From assembly GCA_963681965.1 (NCBI GenBank), contig OY820579.1, positions 224,001 through 288,000 of the forward strand: a DNA stretch of 64,000 nt, given 5' to 3'. Shown here in pieces: positions 18,896 to 29,069 of the stretch. Made by a program: the position numbers and the translations under genes. Source of the stretch: a bacterium (GTDB taxonomy: Bacteria > Electryoneota > JAOADG01). The notes under the pieces were generated by a model. The model was not told the origin of the DNA. It saw nothing but the letters and a program-made list of their open reading frames with translations, and searched no databases. Every line of letters begins with the position of its first letter. The first letter of the stretch is position 1.

Positions 18896-20107
18896 TTATT
18901 GAGATAGATAAGAAAACAGCGAAGGCAGCGCTTGTCGAAGTGTTGATTCCGAAGCTAAATAGGTAATGACGATTGCTTCATGCGGTAGGTCGTAATAATA
19001 ACCCGGATGCACGATCAAGTGTTTTTGTTCCATCAGATCGATTGCGATTTGCTCAGCCGATCGATTCGCCGGAGTATCAATGATACAGTATACCCCTCCC
19101 GACGACGCATTGATCGATACCCCCGATTTTCGAGCTTCATCAATCACAATTTTCCGACGTGTGGCTAACAACGCGGCAAGTTTGTGCGATTCGTTATCGA
19201 TAAATTGTCCTTGATCGCGCGACAATATTTCCGTTGCGGCTGATTGAGCCGTTTCATTTACCGGTAGAAAAGTATCGATAAGATGATCGAGGGTCTGTTT
19301 TGCCTGCTGTACTGCTTCGTAATCATTCCCTTTCACGACAACCCACCCGATTTTATGACCGGGCAATCCCAAGATTTTCGAGAACCCATTCAACCAGAAT
19401 ACTAGTGGATAATCGGTTGCTTGCGGTCGTGGGAAATTCCCGTGAAATGACTGCCCAGTTTCATCGAAACGGAATTCACAAAAGACCTCATCGAAAATCA
19501 GAGGAACCTGCAATCGACAGGCTACTTCACCGATCGCTCGAAGCTCATCCGAATTGAGAATGGTACCTGTCGGATTGTGCGGTGAGATCAGACAGATCGC
19601 TCGGGTATTGGTGGAGATACGATTTGCCAACCAATCAGGATTGATACTCCAGCCGTTTGCGGGTGACAGTGGAAAAGTCGTCATTTTCCAGCCCGCAACG
19701 GCGGCAATATCCTCGAACAACGGGTAACTGGGCACTGGACAAAGGACTTCGGCGCTATCACCTAATAGTCGAAAAAGAATCAGATAAGCAAAACTACTGC
19801 CTGGCGTAATAAAGATCTCATCGGGATCAACCGCTTCCCCTCGACGTGCATACCAATCGGCGATTGCTATCCGTAATCCCAATTGACCGTGCGAATCCGG
19901 TTGATATTCGCGTGTCTTAGTTAACGCGGTTTGATAGGCGTCATCGAGAATTGAATCGGGAAAAGCTATTCCGTTCTCATACCATTTCGGATTTACTAGA
20001 TCGATTAGCGGGATATTCTGCTCGTGTAATCTTCGCAGAGTTTGGTTATACCGGTTGTCGGACGGAGTCGAGAAGCGCGACACGAGTTCGGAGAATCTGA
20101 CGGTCAT
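18896..20107 (-). CDS. Class I/II PLP-dependent aminotransferase
   Basis: SPHNPTG, FDEVF, NGFSK..GLPGHKIGW; ATG at 20107 overlaps the flippase stop (ATGA). Confidence 0.9.
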   Translation of the reverse strand: MTVRFSELVSRFSTPSDNRYNQTLRRLHEQNIPLIDLVNPKWYENGIAFPDSILDDAYQTALTKTREYQPDSHGQLGLRIAIADWYARRGEAVDPDEIFITPGSSFAYLILFRLLGDSAEVLCPVPSYPLFEDIAAVAGWKMTTFPLSPANGWSINPDWLANRISTNTRAICLISPHNPTGTILNSDELRAIGEVACRLQVPLIFDEVFCEFRFDETGQSFHGNFPRPQATDYPLVFWLNGFSKILGLPGHKIGWVVVKGNDYEAVQQAKQTLDHLIDTFLPVNETAQSAATEILSRDQGQFIDNESHKLAALLATRRKIVIDEARKSGVSINASSGGVYCIIDTPANRSAEQIAIDLMEQKHLIVHPGYYYDLPHEAIVITYLASESTLRQALPSLFSYLSQ

Positions 20108-21405
20108 GATTTCCGCCCGATACTGGCTAGGATTTTCCCTTGGAATGGATGACACCCTTTATACAGTAGGATGATATTGTAAAGTGTGAAGTCGCACATA
20201 TTGGATAACAGAACAGCCCATGCCATCCCGATTGCACCAAAATGAGTGATCAACGGATATGCCAGCGCCAGATGAATCACTGCAGTTGTGCCGGTAACGA
20301 TATAATATTCCCGATCGTGTCCGAGCGGCAACATCCACTGGATAACGATCACGTTATTCAATGCGATAAAGATCGAGACCGGTACTAAAATCCGCAATAC
20401 CGTCAATGTCTCTTCAAAGCCTGGTCCTAAATAGTATTTCGTGTAGATCGGACTCAGCAAGTAAAACATCAGACTCATCACGCAGCCGACGGCGAAAATG
20501 AGTGCGGCACTTTTCCGAAAGAGAATTTTCGCTTTGGCATAATCGGACTGAAAGAGATTGCTGAGTCGTGGAAAGATTGCAAAAGTGATTGGTCCCTGCA
20601 TTGCCGAAAAACCTTTACTCAGTTTATCGGCACCGGCATAAATACCAGCCACTTGCGGCAGCGCAAACAAACCGACGACAAAAACATTGGCGGTAGAATA
20701 AATACTGACGAGTAAACGCGATAGGAACAGCGCACCGCCCGATTTCAAGATATCCTGAGCTAGTTGACGGGACGGGCGCGTGAACGGAACTTCCCGATAC
20801 GCTAAAACCAGCGATACGATGATCGAAAATAGATTCGCGGCAGTGTAGATGAGGAAGACCAACCCGATGTCGTTTGCATCGTGGACCAGAAAGAAAATAC
20901 CAATGGTTGCAATAAATTTCGCTGAGACATCGAGGCTTGCAGCCAACTGCATTCGTTCCAAACCCTGAAAATACCAGAGCAGGTTGTTGCCAAGCGTTAC
21001 CATCCACAACATCCCGAGCCAGAATGTTCCGGGATTATCGCGCAGACTGGGAACAAATATTTGTGCGATGAGTCCGATTATTGCACCGATCACAGAGAGA
21101 ATAACTTTTGCCGACATCACTCCAGTAAGCAACTCACTACGACGGTTCAAGTCATCGCGGGCGATCGCAACATCGCGGGTAGCGGAAAAGATAAAATTGT
21201 ATTCGACGATGGTCATGATATAGAGGGCAAAGCTTTGGATCAACGCGAATAGACCCCACCCTCCGACACCCAATACGCGGGTGAGATAGGGTATAGTAAT
21301 CAACGGTACGAGGTAATTCACAAAATGCACGCCGTAGAGCCAGAAAATATTTCTGATCAGCTTTTTTTGAAGTATCTCGCGAATCTTTTCTTTCCACTCG
21401 TTCAA
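20104..21405 (-). CDS. Wzx-like oligosaccharide flippase
   Basis: PLITIPYLTRVLG, WYFQGLERM, many TM helices. Confidence 0.9.
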   Translation of the reverse strand: MNEWKEKIREILQKKLIRNIFWLYGVHFVNYLVPLITIPYLTRVLGVGGWGLFALIQSFALYIMTIVEYNFIFSATRDVAIARDDLNRRSELLTGVMSAKVILSVIGAIIGLIAQIFVPSLRDNPGTFWLGMLWMVTLGNNLLWYFQGLERMQLAASLDVSAKFIATIGIFFLVHDANDIGLVFLIYTAANLFSIIVSLVLAYREVPFTRPSRQLAQDILKSGGALFLSRLLVSIYSTANVFVVGLFALPQVAGIYAGADKLSKGFSAMQGPITFAIFPRLSNLFQSDYAKAKILFRKSAALIFAVGCVMSLMFYLLSPIYTKYYLGPGFEETLTVLRILVPVSIFIALNNVIVIQWMLPLGHDREYYIVTGTTAVIHLALAYPLITHFGAIGMAWAVLLSNMCDFTLYNIILLYKGCHPFQGKILASIGRKS

Positions 21406-21461
21406 TTAAAAAATTCCTTAACAAGTCAGGTAATATACGCGCTGCAGATGTGATTGTTCCA

Positions 21462-22142
21462 TTAGCGGTCTTTTGGGGATGGAAGCCATCCAGTCTCGGT
21501 TCGCGGCCAAGGATCGGGAAATACAGTACTATCAGCCGCGATTTTCCATTCATCGGGCGTCATGTTGGGATCTTTTTTTCCATTGGTAGAAATTGCCCGA
21601 TGACTCACCACATTGACGATCGAATATTGCGCGCGCAACCATCGCACCAATTCGCCGCAGGCTTTTAGTTGAGCTTCCGGATAGGCAATCCGTTCACTCC
21701 CCTCGCCATTCCAAACATGAATAAGTTCAATACCGATCGAAAATGGATTGTGATTCGGTTTCGCATGTTGTGCGTGCTTTGCTGCTTCCGTTACCGGCAC
21801 AACTTCGATGATTCGACCATTCGGTTCAATGGCAAAGTGCGGTGCGGCATGATATCGATCCCATACTTTTCGCAACCGTCGATAGGTTAAGTCGTCGGGA
21901 TGTTTCGGATCGAAACTGGCGTGCAGCACAATCGTAGTAATCGGCGATCGCTGCCGGTCTTCGAACCAAGTCGACCAATATTTACTGTTGCTGATAATGA
22001 CGGGCTTTTTTACCGAAGCCGAATCGCTGCTTTTCAATGAATCGGTCAATCCAGCAGCAAAGCCGATACTGGTTGCGATGAGTGCAACCAGTACCGGTAA
22101 GATCTGATGCAAGTAGTCGTGTAATCTCACGCCATTACTCAA
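21462..22142 (-). CDS. N-acetylmuramoyl-L-alanine amidase (Amidase_2/AmpD-like), exported
   Basis: IVLHAS, HFAIEPNG, SIGIELI, VSHRAIS..KKDP; hydrophobic N-terminus. Confidence 0.85.
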   Translation of the reverse strand: MSNGVRLHDYLHQILPVLVALIATSIGFAAGLTDSLKSSDSASVKKPVIISNSKYWSTWFEDRQRSPITTIVLHASFDPKHPDDLTYRRLRKVWDRYHAAPHFAIEPNGRIIEVVPVTEAAKHAQHAKPNHNPFSIGIELIHVWNGEGSERIAYPEAQLKACGELVRWLRAQYSIVNVVSHRAISTNGKKDPNMTPDEWKIAADSTVFPDPWPRTETGWLPSPKDR

Positions 22143-23616
22143 CGTGCCACCAGTTGGTTAATTTGGGGGTCACTGTTTTCGCTTCTTCGAATTCCGTGAT
22201 TAAGGTTTCGCGGGTAGGCATTCCGGTGTCGACTACAACCGATGGATCCAATTTGAAACCGAAGTATTTATCCCATTGCGCAACGACATAACTATTGGTC
22301 GCAATGGAATACTTTTTCGAAGGATCGACAGCAACACCATTCACTTCCAATGAGACAACTTTTTTATTTTTTATTTGGACTTTCAATCCGGACGTTTGAA
22401 TGAAATCGCCGAGTTGTGTCGATCGAAATTCCATCATTTTCACCAAATCTTTGCCGGTAACGGTAACTTTCGTCGTTGAGTTACCAAATGGCTCCATCGA
22501 CCATAGATGGCGTTTTGTCACTTTTCCCGCGAGGATGTCGACGCGAATGCCACCAGAGTTATACAACCCAATATCGCAAGAGATACGCCGTTTTAACGTC
22601 TCACAGACCCAATTTCCGACATTCGATTCACCGGAGAACATCCGCTTGAAATCGTCAGTCAGTGAACCCACTTCTTTGTCAAGTGCTTTCGAAACCAATG
22701 CTTCCTGTTCGTTAACAACTTTCACCATATTGGAGTCGACTGGGGAACCATAACTTTGACCGAGCGGTACTGTCGATGCTGTACTTTGAACCACGCTATG
22801 AGTCGTGGTATCAACCAATAAATCTACTCGACCGAGATAATAGCCATAGTTGCCGGCTTGCACGATTTGCGTGCTGTTTACTTTCACACCATTCACGAGA
22901 TAGGTATGACTGTGCCCGCCAACAATTACATCGATTCCCGGCACATGGGCTGCCAGCACGCTATCGTCGTATACCCCTTGATGCGTCAGGCAGGCAATTA
23001 CATCGACCTTCTTGCGCATACTATCGACAAACGCCCGCGCGATTGGTTCGACTGGAACGACACTAATATTCTTCAAACTGGATGGATGAACCAATTCTCC
23101 CAATCCCTCGGTTGTCAGTGCCAGTACGCCGATCTTGACTCCTTTACGGTCGAAGACTTTCGCCGCTGTAAATAAAGGGTCACTATTGTCGCGTTGTATA
23201 ATATTTGCAGAAGCTAGTGTCGTAGCACTATCCAATGAGAATTGGAAGGCTTTCAATGCCGATAATCCGTAATCGAATTCGTGGTTTCCCAAGCACATCA
23301 TATCGGGTTTCAATACTTTCAGGATGTCGGATTGACTCTTGCCCTGAGTAAATGCGCTGATTGGTCCACCGGTAAATTCGTCACCAGCATCCAGAAGCAA
23401 TGATCGTTCACATTCGGAACGCCATTTGGCAACTTGTCCCGCCAAATAAATCGAACCACCGACCGTATCGATCTTTCCCGTTGCCCGATTCTTAACAATC
23501 TGCGGACTATTGAACGAATGCTCGTCATTATAGTGGAATATGCTAAGATTTAATGGTTTTGCTGCTTGCGAGGTGATAGTCAATGCGATCCAGAGCAGGA
23601 AGGCAATTTTTCTCAT
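22135..23616 (-). CDS. 5'-nucleotidase / UDP-sugar hydrolase
   Basis: NDEHS, DAGD, GNHEFD, GGHSH, NSGGIR, PFGN; signal peptide. Confidence 0.9.
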   Translation of the reverse strand: MRKIAFLLWIALTITSQAAKPLNLSIFHYNDEHSFNSPQIVKNRATGKIDTVGGSIYLAGQVAKWRSECERSLLLDAGDEFTGGPISAFTQGKSQSDILKVLKPDMMCLGNHEFDYGLSALKAFQFSLDSATTLASANIIQRDNSDPLFTAAKVFDRKGVKIGVLALTTEGLGELVHPSSLKNISVVPVEPIARAFVDSMRKKVDVIACLTHQGVYDDSVLAAHVPGIDVIVGGHSHTYLVNGVKVNSTQIVQAGNYGYYLGRVDLLVDTTTHSVVQSTASTVPLGQSYGSPVDSNMVKVVNEQEALVSKALDKEVGSLTDDFKRMFSGESNVGNWVCETLKRRISCDIGLYNSGGIRVDILAGKVTKRHLWSMEPFGNSTTKVTVTGKDLVKMMEFRSTQLGDFIQTSGLKVQIKNKKVVSLEVNGVAVDPSKKYSIATNSYVVAQWDKYFGFKLDPSVVVDTGMPTRETLITEFEEAKTVTPKLTNWWHVE

Positions 23617-23787
23617 TTCGGTTTCTCCGGTTAACGCCTTATTTTATCAAAAAAAAGTTGCCAGACAAAGTAAAACTTCACATTCTTGTGATTCGTTATT
23701 CAAATCCCGAAAAATAAATACCGCTCTGAAATACTTCGCTTCCAGCTTCCAAGAGCGTATCTTTTGCCCAGTCTAACGAAAAGCGAT

Positions 23788-25200
23788 ATGAATTATCACC
23801 TAGCAGTCAGCGATTACAGCGTCATCATCGGTTATTTCGCCATCTCGATTGTGGCGGGTATGTTTGCATTCCGCAGCGCTAGACACGGTGCCGAAGATTT
23901 TCTAGTCGCTAGTCGCAAGGTAACACTCCCCGCCTTCGTGGCAACCACTGTATCCACATTCTACGGTGGAATTCTCGGAGTCGGTGAATACTCCTACCTG
24001 TACGGTCTCTCCAACTGGTTTGTGTTTGGACTACCCTATTACATCTATGCACTGATTTTTGCTTGGAAATTAGCCGGTACCGCGAACAAAGCGCGCCTGC
24101 TGAGTATCCCCGATCAATTGGAAAAAGCCTATGGTCGCCCGGCAGCCATGCTTGGTGCGGGATTTTTATTCTTCTCGACGGTTCCCGGCGCTTATGTCCT
24201 GATGGTTGCCACACTGCTGCAAATGGCGTTTGGGCTATCCTTTGCGGTTGCTTTACTCATTGCAGTCATTACCTCATCGGTGTATATCGTCACCGGGGGA
24301 CTGAAATCGGTTGTCTATGCCGATATCGTACAATTTATCCTTATGTTTGCCGGATTTATCGTTATTGTCGCAGTAGCGATTTATTCTCTCGGTGGGATCG
24401 GCTATCTACAGCAGCACATTCCACCGACTCATTTTTCGCCTACTGGCGGACAATCGATTGCGGCGATACTGGTTTGGTACTTCATCGCGATGACGACACT
24501 AGTCGAACCAGCATTTTACCAACGCTGTTTTGCCGCGGAATCACCGAAGACGGCGCGGAACGGAATGCTCTGGTCGGTGGTATTCTGGTTCATCTTCGAT
24601 TTTCTGACGACGACTTCTGGAATGTACGCCCGCGCACTATTTCCCACCCTCGAACAGCCAACCCAAAGTTATGCCCTACTCGCCGATGCAATCCTTCCAC
24701 CGATTTTGAAAGGGTTGTTTTGGACAGCGATGTTCGCTACGGTTATGTCGACCGTTAACTCCTATTCATTTCTTGCGGCAATCACGCTCGGACGGGATCT
24801 GATCGGTCGAATGCTCCCGGAGCAACTCCGATCCGAGAAACAGACAACCCGCCTAACACAGATCGGTTTGCTCATTTCACTGGTAATTGCCGCGATTATC
24901 GCCTCACTTAACGACAGCGTGGTTGAGATCTGGCGTGAATTCGGGTCGGTATTCGGTCCGGCACTTGTTCTACCACTTCTATCGAGTTGGCGGGAACGCT
25001 GGCGGATGAAGCCGCGAGTAGCTTTTTGGGCAATGTTATCGACCTTTCTTATCTCATTCGCCTGGACGATGTCGAAACATGGCACCGCCGATAGTAAATA
25101 TCTATTCGGCATTGAACCGATCTATCCTGCCATAATCGTCGCGTTAACCTTCTGGTTAATCAGTGTCAGGAAACAATTGTTCACGAGTCGAATGCAATAA
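23788..25200 (+). CDS. Sodium:solute symporter family protein
   Basis: EDFLVASR, GGLKSVVYADIVQ, YQRCFAAES, FATVMSTVNS; many TM helices. Confidence 0.9.
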   Translation: MNYHLAVSDYSVIIGYFAISIVAGMFAFRSARHGAEDFLVASRKVTLPAFVATTVSTFYGGILGVGEYSYLYGLSNWFVFGLPYYIYALIFAWKLAGTANKARLLSIPDQLEKAYGRPAAMLGAGFLFFSTVPGAYVLMVATLLQMAFGLSFAVALLIAVITSSVYIVTGGLKSVVYADIVQFILMFAGFIVIVAVAIYSLGGIGYLQQHIPPTHFSPTGGQSIAAILVWYFIAMTTLVEPAFYQRCFAAESPKTARNGMLWSVVFWFIFDFLTTTSGMYARALFPTLEQPTQSYALLADAILPPILKGLFWTAMFATVMSTVNSYSFLAAITLGRDLIGRMLPEQLRSEKQTTRLTQIGLLISLVIAAIIASLNDSVVEIWREFGSVFGPALVLPLLSSWRERWRMKPRVAFWAMLSTFLISFAWTMSKHGTADSKYLFGIEPIYPAIIVALTFWLISVRKQLFTSRMQ

Positions 25201-25310
25201 ATATCATTTACGATCTAATTCACAATAAATTTTCACGCTACCGTCCGAATCCATTCCAAATACACGATTCTTGTTATACTATATATTTCACCCACTAAAA
25301 AGGAGACGCT

Positions 25311-26972
25311 ATGTTATCACACAATCGATTGGTGCTGTTAGCGATCGCATTACTCTACGTCACTAGTTGTGTGATATCTGCCAACGCCGTCGTTGTCGGC
25401 GATACGGCAACCTTTTGGGTGACTAGCTTCCAAAATTATCCGCTGGTAGTACCGAATAGCGATAAGTATCAGACGCAATTCACCTGCCGCGCCGTAACCG
25501 ATCACGCCTACATTTTTGTTCAAGACAGTGCGTGGGGTACTGGATTGATGGTCGTGACACAGACTCATGTGAACGATCTCGTGACAGCATTGGAAACACG
25601 AACACCTTCTCGAACCGATTCCGGACTGATGGCTACGATCCCCTCGACCTGTGGAGCATTCCCAAATGCACTCGATCGCGATCCGAAAGTATACATTGTC
25701 GTCACCCGATTTCACGATGCAATAGGTGGGTTGCTCTTTCCGGGATTTTTCGATGCTGCCAATCAGATGTCGTCGACCATCTCGCGAATTCTCCAACTTG
25801 GGTATTCCAATCAACGTGAGATGGTCTATGTGAATGCGAACTATGTACAATTGCCGTTAAATACCGGTCGATCACAGGCACACGGCGGTCTCTGTATGTC
25901 GCTCGCACAACTGGCATTGTATGCGCGCGATGCATTGGAACAGCCACTCGGTACCGATGGTATCCCGGAATGGTTGAAACTGAAAAACGGATATCCCAAT
26001 ACTTCCGGGGTGGGCTTCTCCTATCCCCAACAGTTTTGGACAATGTATGCCACCCGGTTAAATCCCGATATCGTATCGTATCAATATCTCGATATAACCT
26101 CGCGAGGCGCGTATCAAGGGGCATTTCTTACCTTCTGGCAGTATGTCGCAGAACAACTTGGCGATTCGGCAGTAAGACGGGTTGCGGTAAACTCCGGGAT
26201 CGGCTCAAGCGGATTTAATAATGCATTGTCGTATTCCAGCCGAACCTTTCAATCGATGTTCGAAGACTGGGCAATTTCGAATAAGTTAGACGATTCCACC
26301 GTTGCCGGCGCCAGGTATATTCAGCGACACTACAACCCCAGCATCGCTAATGCCTCAACAACTTCTAGTTATCCCGACAGTGTCGTTGGTGACACGCTCC
26401 CGGGTTACGCGACACGGTATCACCGCTTCATCAATTATTCGGTATCGTCTCCGAATTATCTTCGTACGGTATTTCATGTAACGACTGGTGGACCGTACAA
26501 GTTGTTTGTCATACAGAGCAATGGTTCATCTCCGCGAACTCTGCGGGAAGTGACAGTTTCAAACAATCAAGCGGTCATCGAGCTACTCGGCAGCGAATCG
26601 ACACTATGTGTCATCAACGAACAGACATTGGGTAGCGGTACTTACACCATAATCACCGATGTGCTGACACCAGTTAACGAAAAACCGTCGGTTCAATCGC
26701 CGGATGCGAGCTTTGGTTGGAGTTCATCCGGAGAGTTCGGAAGCGGGTCGTTGGGATCATTGCATCTTCGGACACCGAATCACGGTGCCATCACAATATC
26801 AGCATTCGATGTCTTGGGTAGACTGGTTGATCGAAGAGTATTTCAATCAAACAGTACCGGATTAACGATCGCACCGAATCAGTTCTTACAGGGACGTAAC
26901 AATGGTTGCTACTTCCTACAAGCGGAGATGAGTGGTAGAAGAGCAGTAACAAAAGTGGTTTGGATGAAATAG
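25311..26972 (+). CDS. Secreted M30/InhA-like metalloprotease homologue without HEXXH; degenerate CTD
   Basis: SD AGGAG; signal peptide; VGD..FWV, TCRAV..HAYIFVQD, LDRDPKVYI, GFF, YSNQREMVYVN; C-terminal FDVLGRLV...GCYFL. Confidence 0.65.
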   Translation: MLSHNRLVLLAIALLYVTSCVISANAVVVGDTATFWVTSFQNYPLVVPNSDKYQTQFTCRAVTDHAYIFVQDSAWGTGLMVVTQTHVNDLVTALETRTPSRTDSGLMATIPSTCGAFPNALDRDPKVYIVVTRFHDAIGGLLFPGFFDAANQMSSTISRILQLGYSNQREMVYVNANYVQLPLNTGRSQAHGGLCMSLAQLALYARDALEQPLGTDGIPEWLKLKNGYPNTSGVGFSYPQQFWTMYATRLNPDIVSYQYLDITSRGAYQGAFLTFWQYVAEQLGDSAVRRVAVNSGIGSSGFNNALSYSSRTFQSMFEDWAISNKLDDSTVAGARYIQRHYNPSIANASTTSSYPDSVVGDTLPGYATRYHRFINYSVSSPNYLRTVFHVTTGGPYKLFVIQSNGSSPRTLREVTVSNNQAVIELLGSESTLCVINEQTLGSGTYTIITDVLTPVNEKPSVQSPDASFGWSSSGEFGSGSLGSLHLRTPNHGAITISAFDVLGRLVDRRVFQSNSTGLTIAPNQFLQGRNNGCYFLQAEMSGRRAVTKVVWMK

Positions 26973-27002
26973 ATCGATGTGTAGGTACTTGGCTGGACAT
27001 GA

Positions 27003-27040
27003 AGCCCCCTCCCGATTTATTCGGGAGGGGGTTTTCTTTT
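27003..27040. terminator. Terminator between convergent genes
   Basis: CCCCCTCCCGA-N5-TCGGGAGGGGG followed by TTTTCTTTT. Confidence 0.8.
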
Positions 27041-28450
27041 CTACTTCTGTGAAAATTTCAGAACTTCGATTTCACCCTGTCGAGCATAATCGATCGCCTC
27101 GGCAAGGACGCGTGCCGATTCCTGATTGGCATGGAAACCCATCGAATTTTCGGCATTGACAAAGTCGCAGAACCATTGGGCTTTACGATTGAAATCCCGT
27201 GCTTTTTCAAGCTGTTGATCGGTTGCTCCGGATTTTTGCGCTTTGTCGATCACTCGAATCAAATTAACCAGCGCATTCTCGGCACGATCCAGCATCTCTT
27301 TATTCTGATTCTGGATGTGATCGACTCGATTGATGAGTTCCGCTTCCGGAACAGCATGGCAAACCTGACAGGCGCGATTGACATTTAATAGTGGACTGCG
27401 CACTTGATGATCGCTGATCTTCACGGCACCTTGGCGCATATAAGGCATGTGGCAATCGGCACACGCGACTCCGGCTCGCGAGTGAATACCTTGAGTGAAG
27501 GTTTCGAATTCCGGATGCTGTGCTTTCAAAACTGGCGCATTGCTGATAGCGTGCTTCCAATCGAAAAACTTGACGGTATCGTAATATGCCAGGATCTTCT
27601 CAGGCTGCAAGCCATTGTGCCAAGGGTAAGTCAGCAATTTATGATCGCCTTTGAAATAATACTCGACGTGACACTGACCGCAAACGAAAGTACGCATTTC
27701 CTGCCGACTGGCGAGTTTATTGGGATCATACGCTTCACTATGGTGCGATTTCCGCCAGCGTTCAATACTGGGATATTGCGGCAGTGGATCATTTGATTCC
27801 GCTAAACGTGCAATACCGTTAAGAAAACCGGGACGCCAAACGCGCAATTGCATCGTTTTCGGATCGTGACAATCGATACAAGCAACTGGATGTGAAACCA
27901 ATTTCGTTGCGGAATCGAATGGCATTGCACAGACAATTTCAAATCCTTTTTTAATGGCATCCAAGCGATCCCACTCTTTGTCCGATGCGCCATTCTTGAC
28001 ACCGACATCGCGATACATCTTCAAAACCGAACCGTGACATTGGATACAAGCTCCCGGCTGTTTCTTCTTAAGAACGCGCTCAGTCTGGCGTTGATCACTG
28101 AGCATATAAGCGTGCCCGCGCTCTTCGCGATAGTCGATCGAGAAGGCGTAACCGGCAAAGATCTCGCGCAATCGGGGATCGTTATCAAGTTTCGAAAATG
28201 CTTCACTTCCACCGTATTTCGTGCGAATCGTGTCCACGGTGCGGAGATATTGATCGTACTGAAACGGAAAGTTACGACCCCAAATTGCAGGATCGACAAT
28301 ATCTTCCGACAAATTCGCAATCCGGAAACCGACCTCTTTCGCTTCTTGTTTGTGTTGCGCGATGCTCTCCAAGAGAAACATAACCGCAACGGTAAGCACA
28401 AGTATCACCCCGAAAATTGCTATACGTTTCATCAGCAGCGTTTTATTCAT
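27041..28450 (-). CDS. nrfA: Pentaheme cytochrome c nitrite reductase NrfA (CXXCH at heme 1)
   Basis: GYAFSIDYREERGHAY; hemes CIQCH, CIDCH, CGQCHVEYYF, CADCHMPY, CQVCH; LKAQHPEFE; AENSMGFH. Confidence 0.95.
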   Translation of the reverse strand: MNKTLLMKRIAIFGVILVLTVAVMFLLESIAQHKQEAKEVGFRIANLSEDIVDPAIWGRNFPFQYDQYLRTVDTIRTKYGGSEAFSKLDNDPRLREIFAGYAFSIDYREERGHAYMLSDQRQTERVLKKKQPGACIQCHGSVLKMYRDVGVKNGASDKEWDRLDAIKKGFEIVCAMPFDSATKLVSHPVACIDCHDPKTMQLRVWRPGFLNGIARLAESNDPLPQYPSIERWRKSHHSEAYDPNKLASRQEMRTFVCGQCHVEYYFKGDHKLLTYPWHNGLQPEKILAYYDTVKFFDWKHAISNAPVLKAQHPEFETFTQGIHSRAGVACADCHMPYMRQGAVKISDHQVRSPLLNVNRACQVCHAVPEAELINRVDHIQNQNKEMLDRAENALVNLIRVIDKAQKSGATDQQLEKARDFNRKAQWFCDFVNAENSMGFHANQESARVLAEAIDYARQGEIEVLKFSQK

Positions 28451-28461
28451 TTTCGATTCCT

Positions 28462-28929
28462 TTATTTTGTTGGTCCGTGACCGACACTCCGGTGACAATT
28501 CAGGCAGTCGAGTTGCTCATTTGGTTTGTTTGTTCCCGGATGCAGTTCGCGAATTAATCCACTGTGGCAACGAACACAGTTGTGCAAAACGACGTTTGTA
28601 CTGCTTGACTTCATTTCAATCGGTTCGTGAAAATTCATTAATGTAAATGCCGCCGAATGCCGGTAACCGTGTTCGGCTTTAGTATAGTATTTCATCGCTA
28701 ACGTTTGGGGAACGTGGCAATCGTTGCAGGTCGCGAAGGCGTGATGTGTTGCTTTCTGCCAACCGTCGAACTGTTCGCGCATCACATGACAATTGGTGCA
28801 AGCGGTTGGATCGTTCGAGAGATAAGAATATCCTTTGGCATAATAAAAGGTATATGCCGACACTCCGGCAAAGAGCCCAAGTAGTGCCGCTAATACTGTA
28901 CCGAAATAATAATTGAAGAATTTTCTCAT
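28462..28929 (-). CDS. nrfH: Tetraheme quinol dehydrogenase NrfH
   Basis: N-terminal TM, SYLSNDPTACTNCHVM, CNDCH, CVRCH, CLNCHRSVGH. Confidence 0.95.
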   Translation of the reverse strand: MRKFFNYYFGTVLAALLGLFAGVSAYTFYYAKGYSYLSNDPTACTNCHVMREQFDGWQKATHHAFATCNDCHVPQTLAMKYYTKAEHGYRHSAAFTLMNFHEPIEMKSSSTNVVLHNCVRCHSGLIRELHPGTNKPNEQLDCLNCHRSVGHGPTK

Positions 28930-29045
28930 CGGGTAACTCTGGTCCAATCGACCGGGATGATGAAGACCGTGAATATTTTACCAATCTAAAGTGCGATCTG
29001 ATACTAGAAATTCACTAAATGGTAATCAATTCGTGAAGAATATTT

Positions 29046-29059
29046 TTGACGAAAATCAA
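29046..29059. promoter_or_regulatory. Crp/Fnr-type box upstream of nrfHA
   Basis: TTGAC-GAAA-ATCAA inside an extended TTTTTGA...TCAAAAA palindrome. Confidence 0.65.
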
Positions 29060-29069
29060 AAAGGTGTTC

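Noticed and set aside
23617-23787. Riboswitch ahead of the sodium:solute symporter
   Set aside because: No TPP, SAM, cobalamin or FMN core motifs recognisable.
24063-24758. 231-aa alternative-frame ORF in the symporter gene, and similar nested ORFs
   Set aside because: Wholly inside well-supported genes, with Arg/Cys-rich off-frame composition.
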